Assembly (NCBI RefSeq): GCF_006345805.1
Contig: NC_043003.1
Location: forward strand, 113,336,001 to 113,400,000
From: Octopus sinensis
Taxonomy: Eukaryota
Direction: 5' to 3'
DNA: 64,000 nt
Both the position numbers and the translations under genes were made by a program. Under the pieces are notes generated by a model, which worked only from the letters and a program-made list of their open reading frames with translations, was not told the DNA's origin and searched no databases. Of this stretch, positions 1 to 12,599 are shown piece by piece (position 1 is the first letter of the stretch; every line of letters starts with the position of its first letter).

Positions 1-1290
1 TCTTCTGTAGAAAACTAATATAGAGTTCTTCCTACCGGATTGTCGCCATTGTCGAACATGTAGACTGTGAGCACATGACAATGTTCCAGTCTTTGATTGG
101 CCCAGTTCTGCAGGTCTGTCAAGCAGAGGAGCTGGGGAAAGTGCGTCCGACACACGAGGATCACAACTGTTTATCTTCAAAGTATCTTTGCAGATGTCAC
201 AGTTTCGGTCCACGCCAGCACACCACTAACCACATCATACCCAGTCCTCCATTCGGCGAGTCTTAACAATAAACGGAGCGACCAACCAGAGAAACGAGTG
301 TCTCCTCTACAAAAAGTGAAAGATCAGACGCTCCAATTCGGCCACACTCGGAGCAAAGCACAACGATCAGTCAGTATTAGATGGAGGTGGGGAATGTCGG
401 CATCAACCACGTCTGTCTGACCTTACAAAGGTGATTTTCTCTCGGCTCATTTCTAGATAAGACTGACTACCCTTCTCATCACCTTGTCCCAGTTCTTTTC
501 CACCTGGACATCTGCACCAAACCAGGCGCCAGGCAGTTAAACCAGTTCGTTATTTCAGCTCCCAATGACAATATCGAACAGCGTGGATCTGCCTCCCTGG
601 GTGCTGAGTCAGACAGCCACTGCCTTAAACTTCCTGGTTAATCTCGGGTTTAGATTGCTGCTGATTGTGTTGATGTTCTTTATGCCTGACACTATTACGG
701 TGATCTGATTGGCGTATGATGACCTTGCTATTCTGCTTCCTAATTTTCGTTGGTTGTCCTTTAGTTGCTCCAGTTTCTTCAGTAAAGGTTCCAAAGTCTA
801 CAGAAGAAACTAGACAGGACAGCTTTGCCGGATCGAACGCACGTTTAAGGGCTATTCATTGTAACCACCGAGCAGATATTGCCGTATATTGCGGTGAGTC
901 AGTCCCTGAAGACGGAACAGGAACCGACTATTCTGAGCAGAGCCACCAAGTATTTATGATCGACCCTATCGAAAGCTTTCGATTGATCTAAGTTGATTTA
1001 GCCAAACCCGTGTCAGGTTCCTTATTCCCCATTTTCTGTCATGTCCGCTATGAGCTGAAGGTCGGCCTAGATTGGATTGTTTGATATAGCGCATGCTAGC
1101 ACATATGTAATCAGTTTACGGATGACAAGGCCCAGCCGTGTCTCGAACACTTTTACGAAGAGGCTGGCTCTTCTGCATTTAGGGGAGTTATAGGCAGAGA
1201 ATTATTAATGAAATCCTTCTTGATCGAGGCCTTTCGCAGCAGCGCTCCTTCACCTCGATTCACATAACTAGGGATTCTTCAAATGTGGTA
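1..1290 (-). mobile_element. Degenerate L1/Tx1-like LINE, RT and post-RT region
   Basis: Minus-strand translation across stops and frameshifts: INLDQSKAFDRVDHKYL (~950-997), SIRQSCP, EPLLKKLE..SSYANQITVIVS (decayed YADD), ELERLIFHFL..GGLGM..RTFPQLL. Confidence 0.85.
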
Positions 1291-1429
1291 CATATCTGTG
1301 AAGAAGTCACCGAACTTGTCTGGCATAACAGCATAAAGTTTGTAACGTGGAGCATCCAAAGCAGATTATTAGGTGGGGTGCGATATGGTGGTGACACTGC
1401 AGCTATTTATTTTTTGCGTTTGTTGCCTA

Positions 1430-1600
1430 TGTATTTGTTGTTGCTGCTGTTGTTTTTAATGGTGATATTGTGGCTCGTTGATTTTTGTTGTTGTCACTTA
1501 AAACATGCGGAACCCATGCTCCATACTTCTGAACCTTTCCCATCAAGTGAAGATGCTTCTCTATAGCAGTGTGGAAGCATTCCATTTTCTCTGCCAGTTG
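1430..1600 (-). mobile_element. mariner (Mos1-like) transposase fragment
   Basis: ORF 1427-1648 contains IEKHLHLMGKVQKYGAWVPHVLSDNNKNQR, including the mariner WVPHxL linker motif. Confidence 0.8.
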
Positions 1601-3078
1601 TACGATACCCCTCACACAGATACTACGAAAAGTGACATCGGGGTACACCCTGAAAAGTGGAGGAAAATTAAATCAGCTTTGGAAAAGATCTTTGGAAAGG
1701 ACGAACATGAAATAGTCTAATTCCAACAGTGCAGATATTTAGTAAAGATATCGCAATGGAATTTGGGACTAAAAAGTGTGGTATGCTTAAAATACAAAGA
1801 GTTAAAATAGTGTCGTCTAATGGTGTAGAGCTACCAACAGCGATAAAATCAATGATATTGGGACTAATGAGATATAAATATCTGGGGATTTCGAGAATAC
1901 AAATTCAAGGCAAGTGAAATGAAGGAAAGCTTTAAGCAAGAATATCTCAGAAGAATCAAGTTAATTATGAGAAGTAGACTCAACAAAATCAGAGCAATTA
2001 ACACATAAGCTGTTTCCTTAATGCAATACGGTGCAGGCGTTGTTAGGTGGACAATGAACGAGGTTGAGGAAATGGACGCGAAAACTAGAAAAGTGATGAC
2101 AATTTGTGTCTAGAAGCAGGGGTGGAAGAGGTCTCATAGGATGCAAGATCTGTGTTGTCGACGAGAAGAACAGTTTGGGATGATACATCATAATGCTTGG
2201 TAAAAACCTCAGAGAAATCGAAGGAAAAGACAAGATCAATACTTGGAGATGGCTAAGAAAAAGTGATCTGAAAGGATGCACTGAGGCATTGATATGTAGC
2301 GCCCAGGAACTAATTACACCAAGTTCCAAGTAGATAAGTGTAGCGTATCGCCCCTTTGTAGGATGTATGGCAGCAGAAACGAAACAATCTCACATATTGT
2401 GAGGGAGTGTAGCCAGCTGGCCCAAAAGCTCTACAGAAGGAGGCACGATAATGCGTTTAAGTTCGTCCACTGGAGGGAATGTGAAAAGTACGACTGGAAC
2501 AGAGCACAGAAATGCTACGAACATGGACTAGAAGGGGTCAGCGAGAACTAGGAACATAAGATACTATGGGATTTTACAATCGAATGTGACTCCCTAATCG
2601 ATGCTCGGAGACCTGATTTTGTTGTGGTAGATAAAGGAAGAAAGGAAACCAAGATCATAGATCTTGCAATACCTGGAGATGCACACATAAGTGACAACTG
2701 GAAAAGGTTGAAAAGTATAGACTGCTAAAAGACGAAATTGCAAAAACGTGGACTATGAGGAGAGTGTCTGTCATTCCTGTAGTTGTAGGGGGCACTCGGA
2801 GCACTAACAACCAAGTTCTAGAAATATGTTAAAGAAATCGGAATTGACATGAGAGCAGGATAAACCGAAAAACCTTCTCTGCTGGGTACAGCTAAGATTT
2901 TGAGATTGGTACATGGATGTTGAATGTCACCCACTATAATTAACAACCAAGTATCAAAGCTTATAATATGCAGAAAGAGACCCTGTGACCCCCCTGCTCT
3001 CCCAGAATCTACCAGAACAAAGAAGACCGAAAGTTCTGAGAAGTAAAACGAGAATAATAATAATAATAGTAATAATAA
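1598..3078 (+). mobile_element. 5'-truncated R4/Dong-like non-LTR retrotransposon (RT end, CCHC knuckle, restriction-like endonuclease)
   Basis: FSKDIAMEFGTKKC..YKYLGI; CRMYGSRNETISHIVREC..RRHDN; RPDFVVVDK..IIDLAIPGD; IPVVVGA; ends in an (AAT)n tract at ~3053-3078. Confidence 0.85.
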
Positions 3079-3080
3079 TG

Positions 3081-3640
3081 GGAGGTGCATTTAAAAAGTA
3101 TCCGACTTTTTTTGCCGTCAAAACTAGCGGCGCATGAGCAAAACCGTTCGTGGGGCAGGTGACACCGCTCTTCCTGCGTACACGCGAATATTTTCGCGCT
3201 GGTCGGCAGCGTCAGTTGTGCCTCGAGTATAGAAGTGCAGTGCGCGCTCGTCGGATTTTCGTTTTTTAAAGCGCATCGAGCAGAAATATTGCATCAAGTA
3301 TTGCTAAAAGCTTGGTGATACTCAAACTCAAACGATCCAGAAGATTCCGCAAGGTCTTTGGTGATGATGGGCAAAATTCAGATCAAGGAGTAGCACAATC
3401 GCTTAAAACATGGTCACGCTTCCGTGGAGAGTGAGGCACGCTCAGGCAGCAGGCCATCCACAAGCCGAAACGAGAAGATAATTAAGTAGTTCCGGAGAAT
3501 AGTCATGGAAGATCCTAGAGTGACAATCCAGAAAATATCTCGTGAAGTGGGAATAAGCACAGAATGAGTATACCTTACATTAACGGAGGATCTATGCATG
3601 CGGCAAGTGTCGGTGAAATTCCATTCCAAGGTACTGGCTA
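3081..3640 (+). mobile_element. mariner element, 5' end and HTH region of transposase (pseudogene)
   Basis: TIR-like gaggtgcatttaaaaagtatccgac; EQKYCIKYC*KLGDTQTQT; SVESEARSGRPSTSRN; EDPRVTIQKISREVGIS. Confidence 0.8.
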
Positions 3641-3850
3641 AGCAGCTCTGTGCATACGTGTGCAGGTGTATAATCAAGCTAGACTAACAGAGGCTCATAC
3701 ACAAACTATATACCTGGAGATGCACACATATATTAATAAAAGGAATTCCAACCTTGTCTGATTTTCACGTCTTATTTACAATCTTATAATGATATAATAT
3801 AATATAATATAATATAATAAAATAATAGAATGTTAAATGTTCATTCTGAT

Positions 3851-3895
3851 TGAACTAGTACTTTCATGCATTAAATTCTGCAATCTTCAGGTTCA
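3851..3895 (-). ncRNA. Minimal type I hammerhead ribozyme motif in a PLE terminus
   Basis: Minus strand: tgaac-CTGAAGA-t-tgca(gaatttaa)tgca-t-GAAA-gtac-TA-gttca; the adjacent sequence matches the PLE end at 33885-33940. Confidence 0.65.
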
Positions 3896-4146
3896 TGTAG
3901 TAGTGGTGACAGTCATGCTTCACAATTTTTGACTGTCTATATATATATATATATATATATATTTCTATATATTTTTTCTATTATATGTAATTTGAAGATG
4001 GTGTAATTTAATTGTTCATTTTGAATTGATAAAAGGTGTTTTTTTTCTAATTTTTTATATATATATTATATTGTGTGAAATTTGATTTAGTATTTCTAAA
4101 TCGAATTTTCTTCCTTGTAAGTTTGGAATTTATTCCCTCAAACAAT

Positions 4147-4149
<3 letters not shown>

Positions 4150-4209
<60 letters not shown>

Positions 4210-4254
4210 TACCGTTTTTACCAATATATATATATATATATATTACCGTTTTTA

Positions 4255-4299
<45 letters not shown>

Positions 4300-4358
4300 C
4301 CGTTTTTACCAATATTATATATATATATATATATATCTATTTATTACCGTTTTTACCA

Positions 4359-4389
<31 letters not shown>

Positions 4390-4686
4390 ATATTACCGTT
4401 TTTACCAATTATATATATATTATATATATTACCGTTTTTACCAATATATATATATATATATATATTACCGTTTTTACCAATATATATATATATATATATA
4501 TTACCGTTTTTACCATATATATATATATATATATATTACCGTTTTTACAAATATATATATATATATTACCGTTTTTACAAATATATATATATATTACCGT
4601 TTTTACCAATATAATATATATATATATATATATCTTACCGTTTTTACAATATATAATATATATATATATATATCTTACCGTTTTTA

Positions 4687-4731
<45 letters not shown>

Positions 4732-4747
4732 TATCTTACCGTTTTTA

Positions 4748-4787
<40 letters not shown>

Positions 4788-4870
4788 CTTACCGTTTTTA
4801 CAATATATATATATATATATATATATATCTTACCGTTTTTACCAATATATAATATATATATATATATATT
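4150..4870. repeat. Compound minisatellite: about 16 copies of TTACCGTTTTTAC(C)AA separated by variable (TA)n
   Basis: Core seen at ~4209, 4243, 4297, 4344, 4393, 4429, 4465, 4501, 4536, 4566, 4594, 4635, 4675, 4736, 4789, 4830. Confidence 0.95.
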
Positions 4871-5745
4871 GTAAATTAACTGGATTAAAGAAACGAACAA
4901 TCCAATGTATGAAACAAAAAGCTCTCTTTTACTAGACAACATATTTTCCTGGAAAATGGTAGCATTGCTACAGATATCCAACCCAAAATAAACATAACTG
5001 GAATTTCCCCAGAATATATAAACTTACGACAACAATCTCATTATCTCCAAGATGTCAAAATTCTGTTGAAAGTTCAGAGTATTCAAATTTCCCGTATCTA
5101 AATTACTTCAGAATGCGTCAACAAGTACATCGTTAGTTGTAACTCACATCTATTACTGTATCAGTTTTCAAAATATATCAGATATTTATATTAAAGTAAG
5201 ACTCTACATGGTAGAAATGCAACCAGTTTCTGTGGTGCCGCAATAATTGTACATTTAATTATAGTTTATTTTTAATATGTATTTTCTTTCCTTTTTTTTT
5301 TTACTTCGGTAAAACGAAATCCATATATGGCACACGCTAGTGAATTCCTGCCTTAAAATATATTCCAAATATATCCCAAATATAATTTAGGAAAAAATTA
5401 TATTAATAGCCCTGAATATACAGTCTGCAATAGTTATTCAACTCATAAATATGGAAAATTTAAAGTCTGGGAACATTATAACCGGATTTGGAAGTCTCCT
5501 GGTTTATCGCTTTTTTGGCGTCAGCAGAGACAATCTGAGTAAATTTCTTTTCGTTCTTCATCTGCTGATGATAAACTAAATAATTCTAGAAATGAAAACA
5601 GTTCGCAGAAACAATTCCATTCCAGTGGACGAAATTCATATTTCATTTGAATAAACACACGCACACACACGCACACACACACACACACACGCACACACAC
5701 ACGCGCGCTATGCATTTATATGGACGTGTATGTGCATGTGTGTGT

Positions 5746-5776
<31 letters not shown>

Positions 5777-5777
<1 letters not shown>

Positions 5778-6158
5778 TCTTTGCGTTACTTGTTTCAGTC
5801 ATTTGACTACGGCCATGCTGGAGCACCACCTCTAGTCGAACAAATCGCCCCCAGGACTTATTCTTTGTAAGCCTAGTACTTATTCTATTGGTCTCTTTTG
5901 CCGAACCACTAAGTTACGGGGACGTAAACACATCATCGGTTGTCAAGTGTTGGTGGGGGTGGGACAAACGCAGACACATATATATATATATATATATGGC
6001 GCGCTTCTTTCAGTTTCCATCTAATTAATCCACTGACAAGGCTTTGGTCGGCCTGAGGCTATAGTAGAAGGCACTTGCCCGAAGTGCCATGCAGTGGGAC
6101 TGAACATGGAAGTATGCGGTTGAGAAGCAAGCTTCTTACCGCACAACTACTCCTGCGC

Positions 6159-6160
<2 letters not shown>
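5777..6160 (-). mobile_element. tRNA-derived SINE, family A
   Basis: Homologous to the copy at 40075-40475; tRNA-like head aggcgcaggag..tgcggtaag..gttcagtccc on the minus strand. Confidence 0.9.
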
Positions 6161-6193
<33 letters not shown>

Positions 6194-6195
<2 letters not shown>

Positions 6196-6582
6196 TCTTT
6201 ACTCTTTTACTTGTTTCAGTCATTTGACTGCGGCCATGCTGGAGCACCGCCTTTTTTAGTCGAGCAAATCGACCCCGGGACTTATTCGTTGTAAGCCCAG
6301 TACTTATTAAATCGGTCTCTTTTGCCGAACCGCTAAGTGACGGGGACGTAAACACACCAGCATCGGTTGTCAAGCAATCCTAGGGGGAGAAACACAGACA
6401 CACAAACACACACACACATACATATATACGACAGGCTTCTTTCAGTTTCTGTCTATCAAATCTACTCGCAAGGCATTGGTTGGCCCAGGGCTATAGCAGA
6501 AGACACTTGCCTAAGATGCCACGCAGTGGGACTGAACCCGGAACCATGTGGTTGGTTAGCAAGCTACTTACCACACAGCCAC
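6194..6582 (-). mobile_element. tRNA-derived SINE, family A (tandem second copy)
   Basis: Near-identical to the reverse complement of 40085-40475. Confidence 0.9.
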
Positions 6583-6584
6583 AA

Positions 6585-7450
6585 TGGAACAGAAACGCAA
6601 TAGCGGACAATAAAACATTCGAATAAATAGATGACACAAAGACCGACAGGAAAAACAACAATTAGGACACGAAAAGGACGGGTCATTCGTGGCCCTCTTT
6701 CGCCATTTAAGTTACCAGATGTCCTTACAACTTCGGGCAGTTATAACTTGAGACTGTTCGATCTGGTTGCTCCAAAAAAGTCTAAGCTAACAGCATTAGA
6801 CCCCTTTGTGAGAAAGTTAGCGAATGTCTACGGCAACAAAGACAAAAAACGGGGAACATGGTACACAACTACAAATACAAACAACAAGAATATAACAGGT
6901 GTCTTTCGACTGAGGACGAATCAAATTGAGCTGGCGTGTATAAAGTGAAAGCCTAAAGGCAGGAACATAGGAGATAGACATAAGATGTGTTGGTGGTCGG
7001 CAGTCAAGCCAAGAAGGAAAGATCATAGCTGGCCGGACACTGGTCACGGGGAAGGAGGAGAGAGGGGTAGGGGAAGCGGAATTGAAGGATTAGAAAAACT
7101 CAAAGAGAAAGATATAGGGGAGATAAACGAGGAGGAAATGTGCGAGTTAAAGAAAGAGGGCCAAGAAATGTGAGAGAGCGGAGGCGAGAAAAAGAAAAGA
7201 GGAAGTATGAGGGGACTAAAAGACAGTAAAAGAGTCGTACAAAATTTAGATACATACTCACTATAAGGTGAGCACAAGTGTGTACGTACGCCGCTATATG
7301 TATATATAAGCAATAAAAATGGAACAAAAACGCAAAAGAGGACAATAAAGCATTCGGACAGATGGACGATACAAAGGCGGACAGGAAAGACAACAATTAG
7401 GCTAGGGGGAAAGGACGGGTCATTCGTGGCCTTGTTTCTTCAGTCAAGTT
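6585..7450. repeat. Repeat unit bounded by diverged ~130-bp direct repeats (possibly PLE pseudo-LTR derived)
   Basis: 6585-6715 resembles 7319-7450 (ggacaataaa..acaacaattagg..aaggacgggtcattcgtggcc). Confidence 0.55.
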
Positions 7451-7481
7451 ATATGCATATTTATATCTATCTTTCAATCTA

Positions 7482-7521
<40 letters not shown>

Positions 7522-7546
7522 ATATATTATATATATATAATATATA

Positions 7547-7588
<42 letters not shown>

Positions 7589-7622
7589 GTGAGAAAGTTG
7601 GTGTGTGAAAGCACGTGGTTGG

Positions 7623-7843
7623 ATATATAGAAAATAGTAAAAAGTGAAAAAACTACAGAAGGCTTGTTTTATACGGTTAAAGAATATATTGAGTCATTAT
7701 GTTGGAAGAATGTTATAAAATTTTTTCATACAGTAACATAAAAATTTTATAACATTCTTCCAACATAATGACTCAAATATATTCTTTAATCTTATAAAAC
7801 AAGCCTTCTGTAGTTTTTTCACTTCTTACTATTTTCTATACAT
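7623..7843. repeat. Fold-back palindrome (~103-bp arms, ~14-nt loop) formed from a PLE 3' terminus
   Basis: 7623-7725 is the reverse complement of 7740-7843; the right arm matches 16200-16300, which follows a GIY-YIG remnant. Confidence 0.9.
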
Positions 7844-7858
7844 ATATATATATATATA

Positions 7859-7917
<59 letters not shown>

Positions 7918-7934
7918 ATATATATATATATATA

Positions 7935-10468
7935 TTTGATAGCCATTTGATATCATCGATCTCTATGATGCCGACTGGGACGCAATCATAAACGAGTTAT
8001 CACATTTTGACTGGTCTTTAACACATGCACACACCTCACTCAAAATATTCTGGCAGATCTTCTAGACACTGTCACAAACATATGTGCTAAACTCACTCCA
8101 CCAAAACCTGTGAAGAAAACTAAGTGCATAATTTCCCAAAACAGAAAAACGATTATCAGAAAAATAAAAAGAACAAAAATTTAGCAAACTAAAATTCTGC
8201 CAACAGCCACGCATCTATTCGACGGCTATCACGCTGCTCGAATCAAAAACCTTCAACAATACATGAAGACCATCATCTCTCTATATATAAACGGCAAAAT
8301 GTATGTGTGTGTGTCTTTTATACAAATCCACAATTTTTCAGTCAGAGGGCTTGCACTTTCTATGGTCATTTAAAACCGTCCAAGGGTGTTCGTGCACATC
8401 TTTACATTTCCCCAGTCACCCCGTAAAGCCATTAAGAAATCAATAGAAGTGACTTTTTGTGAATTTTCTATACACAATTCAATCAAGATACCCGAAACTT
8501 GATACGCCAATTGAATGCCAGCTAGCTGTATGTGACTGGTCAGAGATTTGGACAGTACTCGCGTGTATGACCCGGCGTTGCCGGGTCATAGTGCTAGTCA
8601 ATAATAAAAGAACAGCTGAAGAGAAATGTGCCGTTGAGAAAAATCAAACAACACCAAAGTGTTCTCTTTTGCCAAAAAAAGTCACTGTCTCCAGTGTTTG
8701 CCCTCTAATTGATGAAAATGGCAATCTCCAGGATAATACCAAAACCATGAGTGAGGTACTGCAGAAACAGTACTGCTCTGTTTTTAGCAATCCGGATATG
8801 GCTAATCTGGATTGTATCAGTATTGTTAATCCCCAACAAACTATATCGGACATAACGTTTGGCGTCCCTGATGTCTTAGCAGCAATAAACAAAACTGAAC
8901 ACAATTCAACAGTAGGCCCTGATATGTTCCCTGCTTGTGTCCTGAATGTATGTCGACATCAACTTGCATCTCCTCTTGCTAATTTATGGAGGAACTCACT
9001 GGATACTGATTATATTCCTGAGAACTTTGTCCCAGTCTGTTCAAAGAGGGGAAACAAGTCCCTTGCAATGAACTACCGGCCGATTTCGCTCACTTCTCAT
9101 ATCATCAAAGTATTTGAGAGGGTGGTGAGATCACGGATAACCCACTTTCTTGAAAGCAACAGACTGCTGAACCTCAACCAACGTCAGTTCCGCAATGGAA
9201 GGAAATGCCTCACACAGCTTCTGCATCACCTTGATGACATTTTGAGAGCTTTGGGAGAGAGCTCGAATACTGTTGTCATCTACCTTGATTTCAGTAAGGT
9301 CTTTGACAGGTTGGATCATAAGATCCTCTTGAAAAAAACTATCCAAACTTGGGGTCTCTGGAAAGTTACTACAATGGATCGAGTGTTTCCTGACAAGCAG
9401 AACCCAACACGTTGTAGTCGAAGGAGAAAAGTCAAGCCCAGCCAAAGTCGGTAGTGGTGTTCCACAAGGCACGGTGTTGGGCCCGCTTCTTTTCATCATC
9501 TACATCAGTGACATTACTGACATCATCAAGCACAGTAATACAAGAACCTTTTCAGATGATTCCAAGATCCAGAAGTCATCAATGAAGTGGGCGACCAGGC
9601 ATACCTTCAGTCAGATCTGCTGGCGATCATGCAATGGGCGGGAAAGAATAATATGCTGCTGAACGAGGAGAAATTTGAGTCAATATACTTCAGAAAAGGG
9701 GATACCCCGAAACTCCCATACTCCCCTCCTTCAGATGAAACTTTCAAGGCATCCAGCAACATCAGAGTTGGGAGTAATTATGGACAACAACATAAGCTGG
9801 ACCGCTCATACAAACAGCCAAGTTGACATGGCTTGCAGAATGTTTTCTTGGATTCTCAGAACTTTCCAGTCGAGAGATAGCCACATCAATATCCTCCTCT
9901 TCTCTACTTTTGCCTGACCCCTCTTTGAATACTGTTGTCCTCTGTGGTCTCCCCACACGAAACAAATTATCATGAAGCACCTCAAAGATCAATCACAAAA
10001 AAGATAGTTGACATTACAGGTCTTGACTATTGGGGTCGACTAGAAAAGCTCAAGCTTTTGAGCGCTACATCATCTGCATGATGCGGAAAATATTCCATCA
10101 GCATTGCCCAAATGATGTTGGCATCACCTTTAAGATACACCAAGACTTGGGCCCCGTGCTAAATCACAACAAATCACACTCGCATCACACAATAACAATA
10201 CAGTGCAATTATTTCACCTCAATTGGCCCCGATCTCTTTAATATTACACCAAAACACATTAAAGCAGAAATAGACCCCATAAAGTTCAAGAAGAGTTTGG
10301 ACAAATTCCTTCAAAAATTCAACATAAACACCCGGAAATGTCTCCATAAACAATAACTCTCTCGTCGAGTGGTCCATGTTGTCCGATTCCTGATTTGAAT
10401 GACTTTGCCAGGTGGTGCTGTTAAGTTAGACATGGCCTGGGCCAATACTGGCCGAAACCTATCAAAGT
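7935..10468 (+). mobile_element. CR1-group LINE, 5'-truncated and frameshifted ORF2 plus 3' UTR
   Basis: DADWDAI; GPDMFPACVL; NYRPISLTSHIIKVFERVV; IYLDFSKVFDRLDH; GVPQGTVLGPLLF; FSDDSK; 3' UTR caggtggtgctgttaagttagacatggcctggg shared with 16347-16410. Confidence 0.92.
8276..8597 (+). mobile_element. Non-autonomous Helitron inserted in the CR1
   Basis: 5' TC start (tctctctatatataaa), subterminal hairpin tatgacccggc-gtt-gccgggtcata (8566-8590), 3' CTAG, inserted between A and T with no TSD; the CR1 frame (MKTI|INNKRT) resumes across it. Confidence 0.88.
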
Positions 10469-10963
<495 letters not shown>

Positions 10964-11984
10964 AAACCCTACAAAGAGATGGTCACATAAACGAAGCGAA
11001 AGAAAAAGAACGAGAATTTGAAAGATACTCGTCTCTCCGTTCCTCAAGCCTAAATTCGATTCCGTCATATGAGATCTGAAACGATCATCGTTATTATCAG
11101 AGGCAAATCTGATAACTTCCACTAAACCAAGACGGAAACTGTTTGGAGGTGTTGTTTTACTAGGGATTTGTACGGATGTTAGTAATGGTGGTGGTGGTGG
11201 TGGTGGTCATGGTGGCTGTGTACAGTATAATGGTCTTGGCAGTTTTGTGTTATTGTTGTTGACGTTTTACTCCAGGTCCGCCTTGATTCAATAGGCCTGA
11301 CATAAAAAGCTGCACAGTTATCAGTTCCCAGCCATGTTTACAGTAATAGGATATCTAACTTCACTTTCTTCACCGATCGTTTCTTTATAAGGTGGCAGGG
11401 TTCATTTCAAGCGATCTAGCTGCTGTTTCTAGCAGATCGCTTGACCACAAGGAAACTCACTTCAGGAAGTTCTTTTTGTTATATGCTATATTGTTGTAGA
11501 TGTTGTTGTTGTCGTCGGTGGTGGTGGTGATGGGGCAGGGGATATAAGATATAGGTTGGAGAGAGAATTATTGTGGTGGAGCAGCGATTTAAGAGTGGTT
11601 ATATTGGCAATTTGATCAATATTTTGTCTTTATGCATAAAACATAAAAACCGTTCCGAACGTCGCTGAATAACAGGATATTCAATAGGTTTCTATGTATT
11701 TCTGTAAGCATCTCCTAACAACACCGCATCTGTATGGTGAGCAGGTTTTACTTCAGACATCTATGTCATTTACAATTATAACAGCAATTCTTATTTCTAG
11801 CTTTTTGATTCCTTTTCTTTTTTTTTTGCCATTTCTTTCAGTCACTACTGTTTTTTTTTTTTAATTTCTGGAAACTCTTTGGGTTGTTATTTATATATTT
11901 ATTATGCATTCCAATGGCGGCTGTTCATTCGCAGACCGAATGCAACACTTCATAATGATGAGGTTGTTGAAATACAGCCGTCAC

Positions 11985-11986
11985 TA

Positions 11987-12027
<41 letters not shown>

Positions 12028-12051
12028 ACTACTACTACTACTACTACTACT
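11985..12051. repeat. (CTA)n(CTG)n(CTA)n trinucleotide tract
   Basis: Direct reading. Confidence 0.9.
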
Positions 12052-12084
12052 TATAATGATAAAATTACGACAAAAATATTTTTT

Positions 12085-12275
12085 CTGATTTTGACACAAG
12101 GCCACCAAATCGATTCCGTCGACCTCAGTACATGACTAGTATTTTATTTTTTCGAGCCCGGAAAGATGATGGGCAAAGTTCACCTTGGCGGGATTCCCAC
12201 TGAACACGTAAAAATCAGAGAGAAATGTCGTTAAGTATTTTGTCCACGCACTGATTCTTCTACGGATTCTGCCTC
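12085..12275 (-). mobile_element. Degenerate SINE, family C
   Basis: Weak similarity to 22652-22869 (ggcaaagttcaccttggcgggatt). Confidence 0.55.
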
Positions 12276-12599
12276 AACAACAAATAATTTCTTTGACTTG
12301 ACCATGAAGACCTAAAACATTCAGGACAATATCAGAAACCGAAATATAACAAACAAAATATATGGGTTTTATGTCAATGGAAAAGAGAATAAGCAATAAG
12401 GATAAAATAAAATGATGCCAAAGTAGAATTCATGAAAATAGACATCATCAACAGGTAGGCAGTCGACAAAGGTAATTTGGGGAAAACCCCACGTAAAATT
12501 TCCCGGATTAGTCTACCACTTGCAAGACATCAGAAGTACCAACTTCCAGTTCCTTTCCTTCTACTTACAAAAGCTTACTCAAGAAGGTTCCTTTAACCT

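Noticed and set aside
4150-4870. CRISPR array
   Set aside because: Spacers are only (TA)n, the repeat is 16 nt and non-palindromic, there are no cas genes, and the context is eukaryotic
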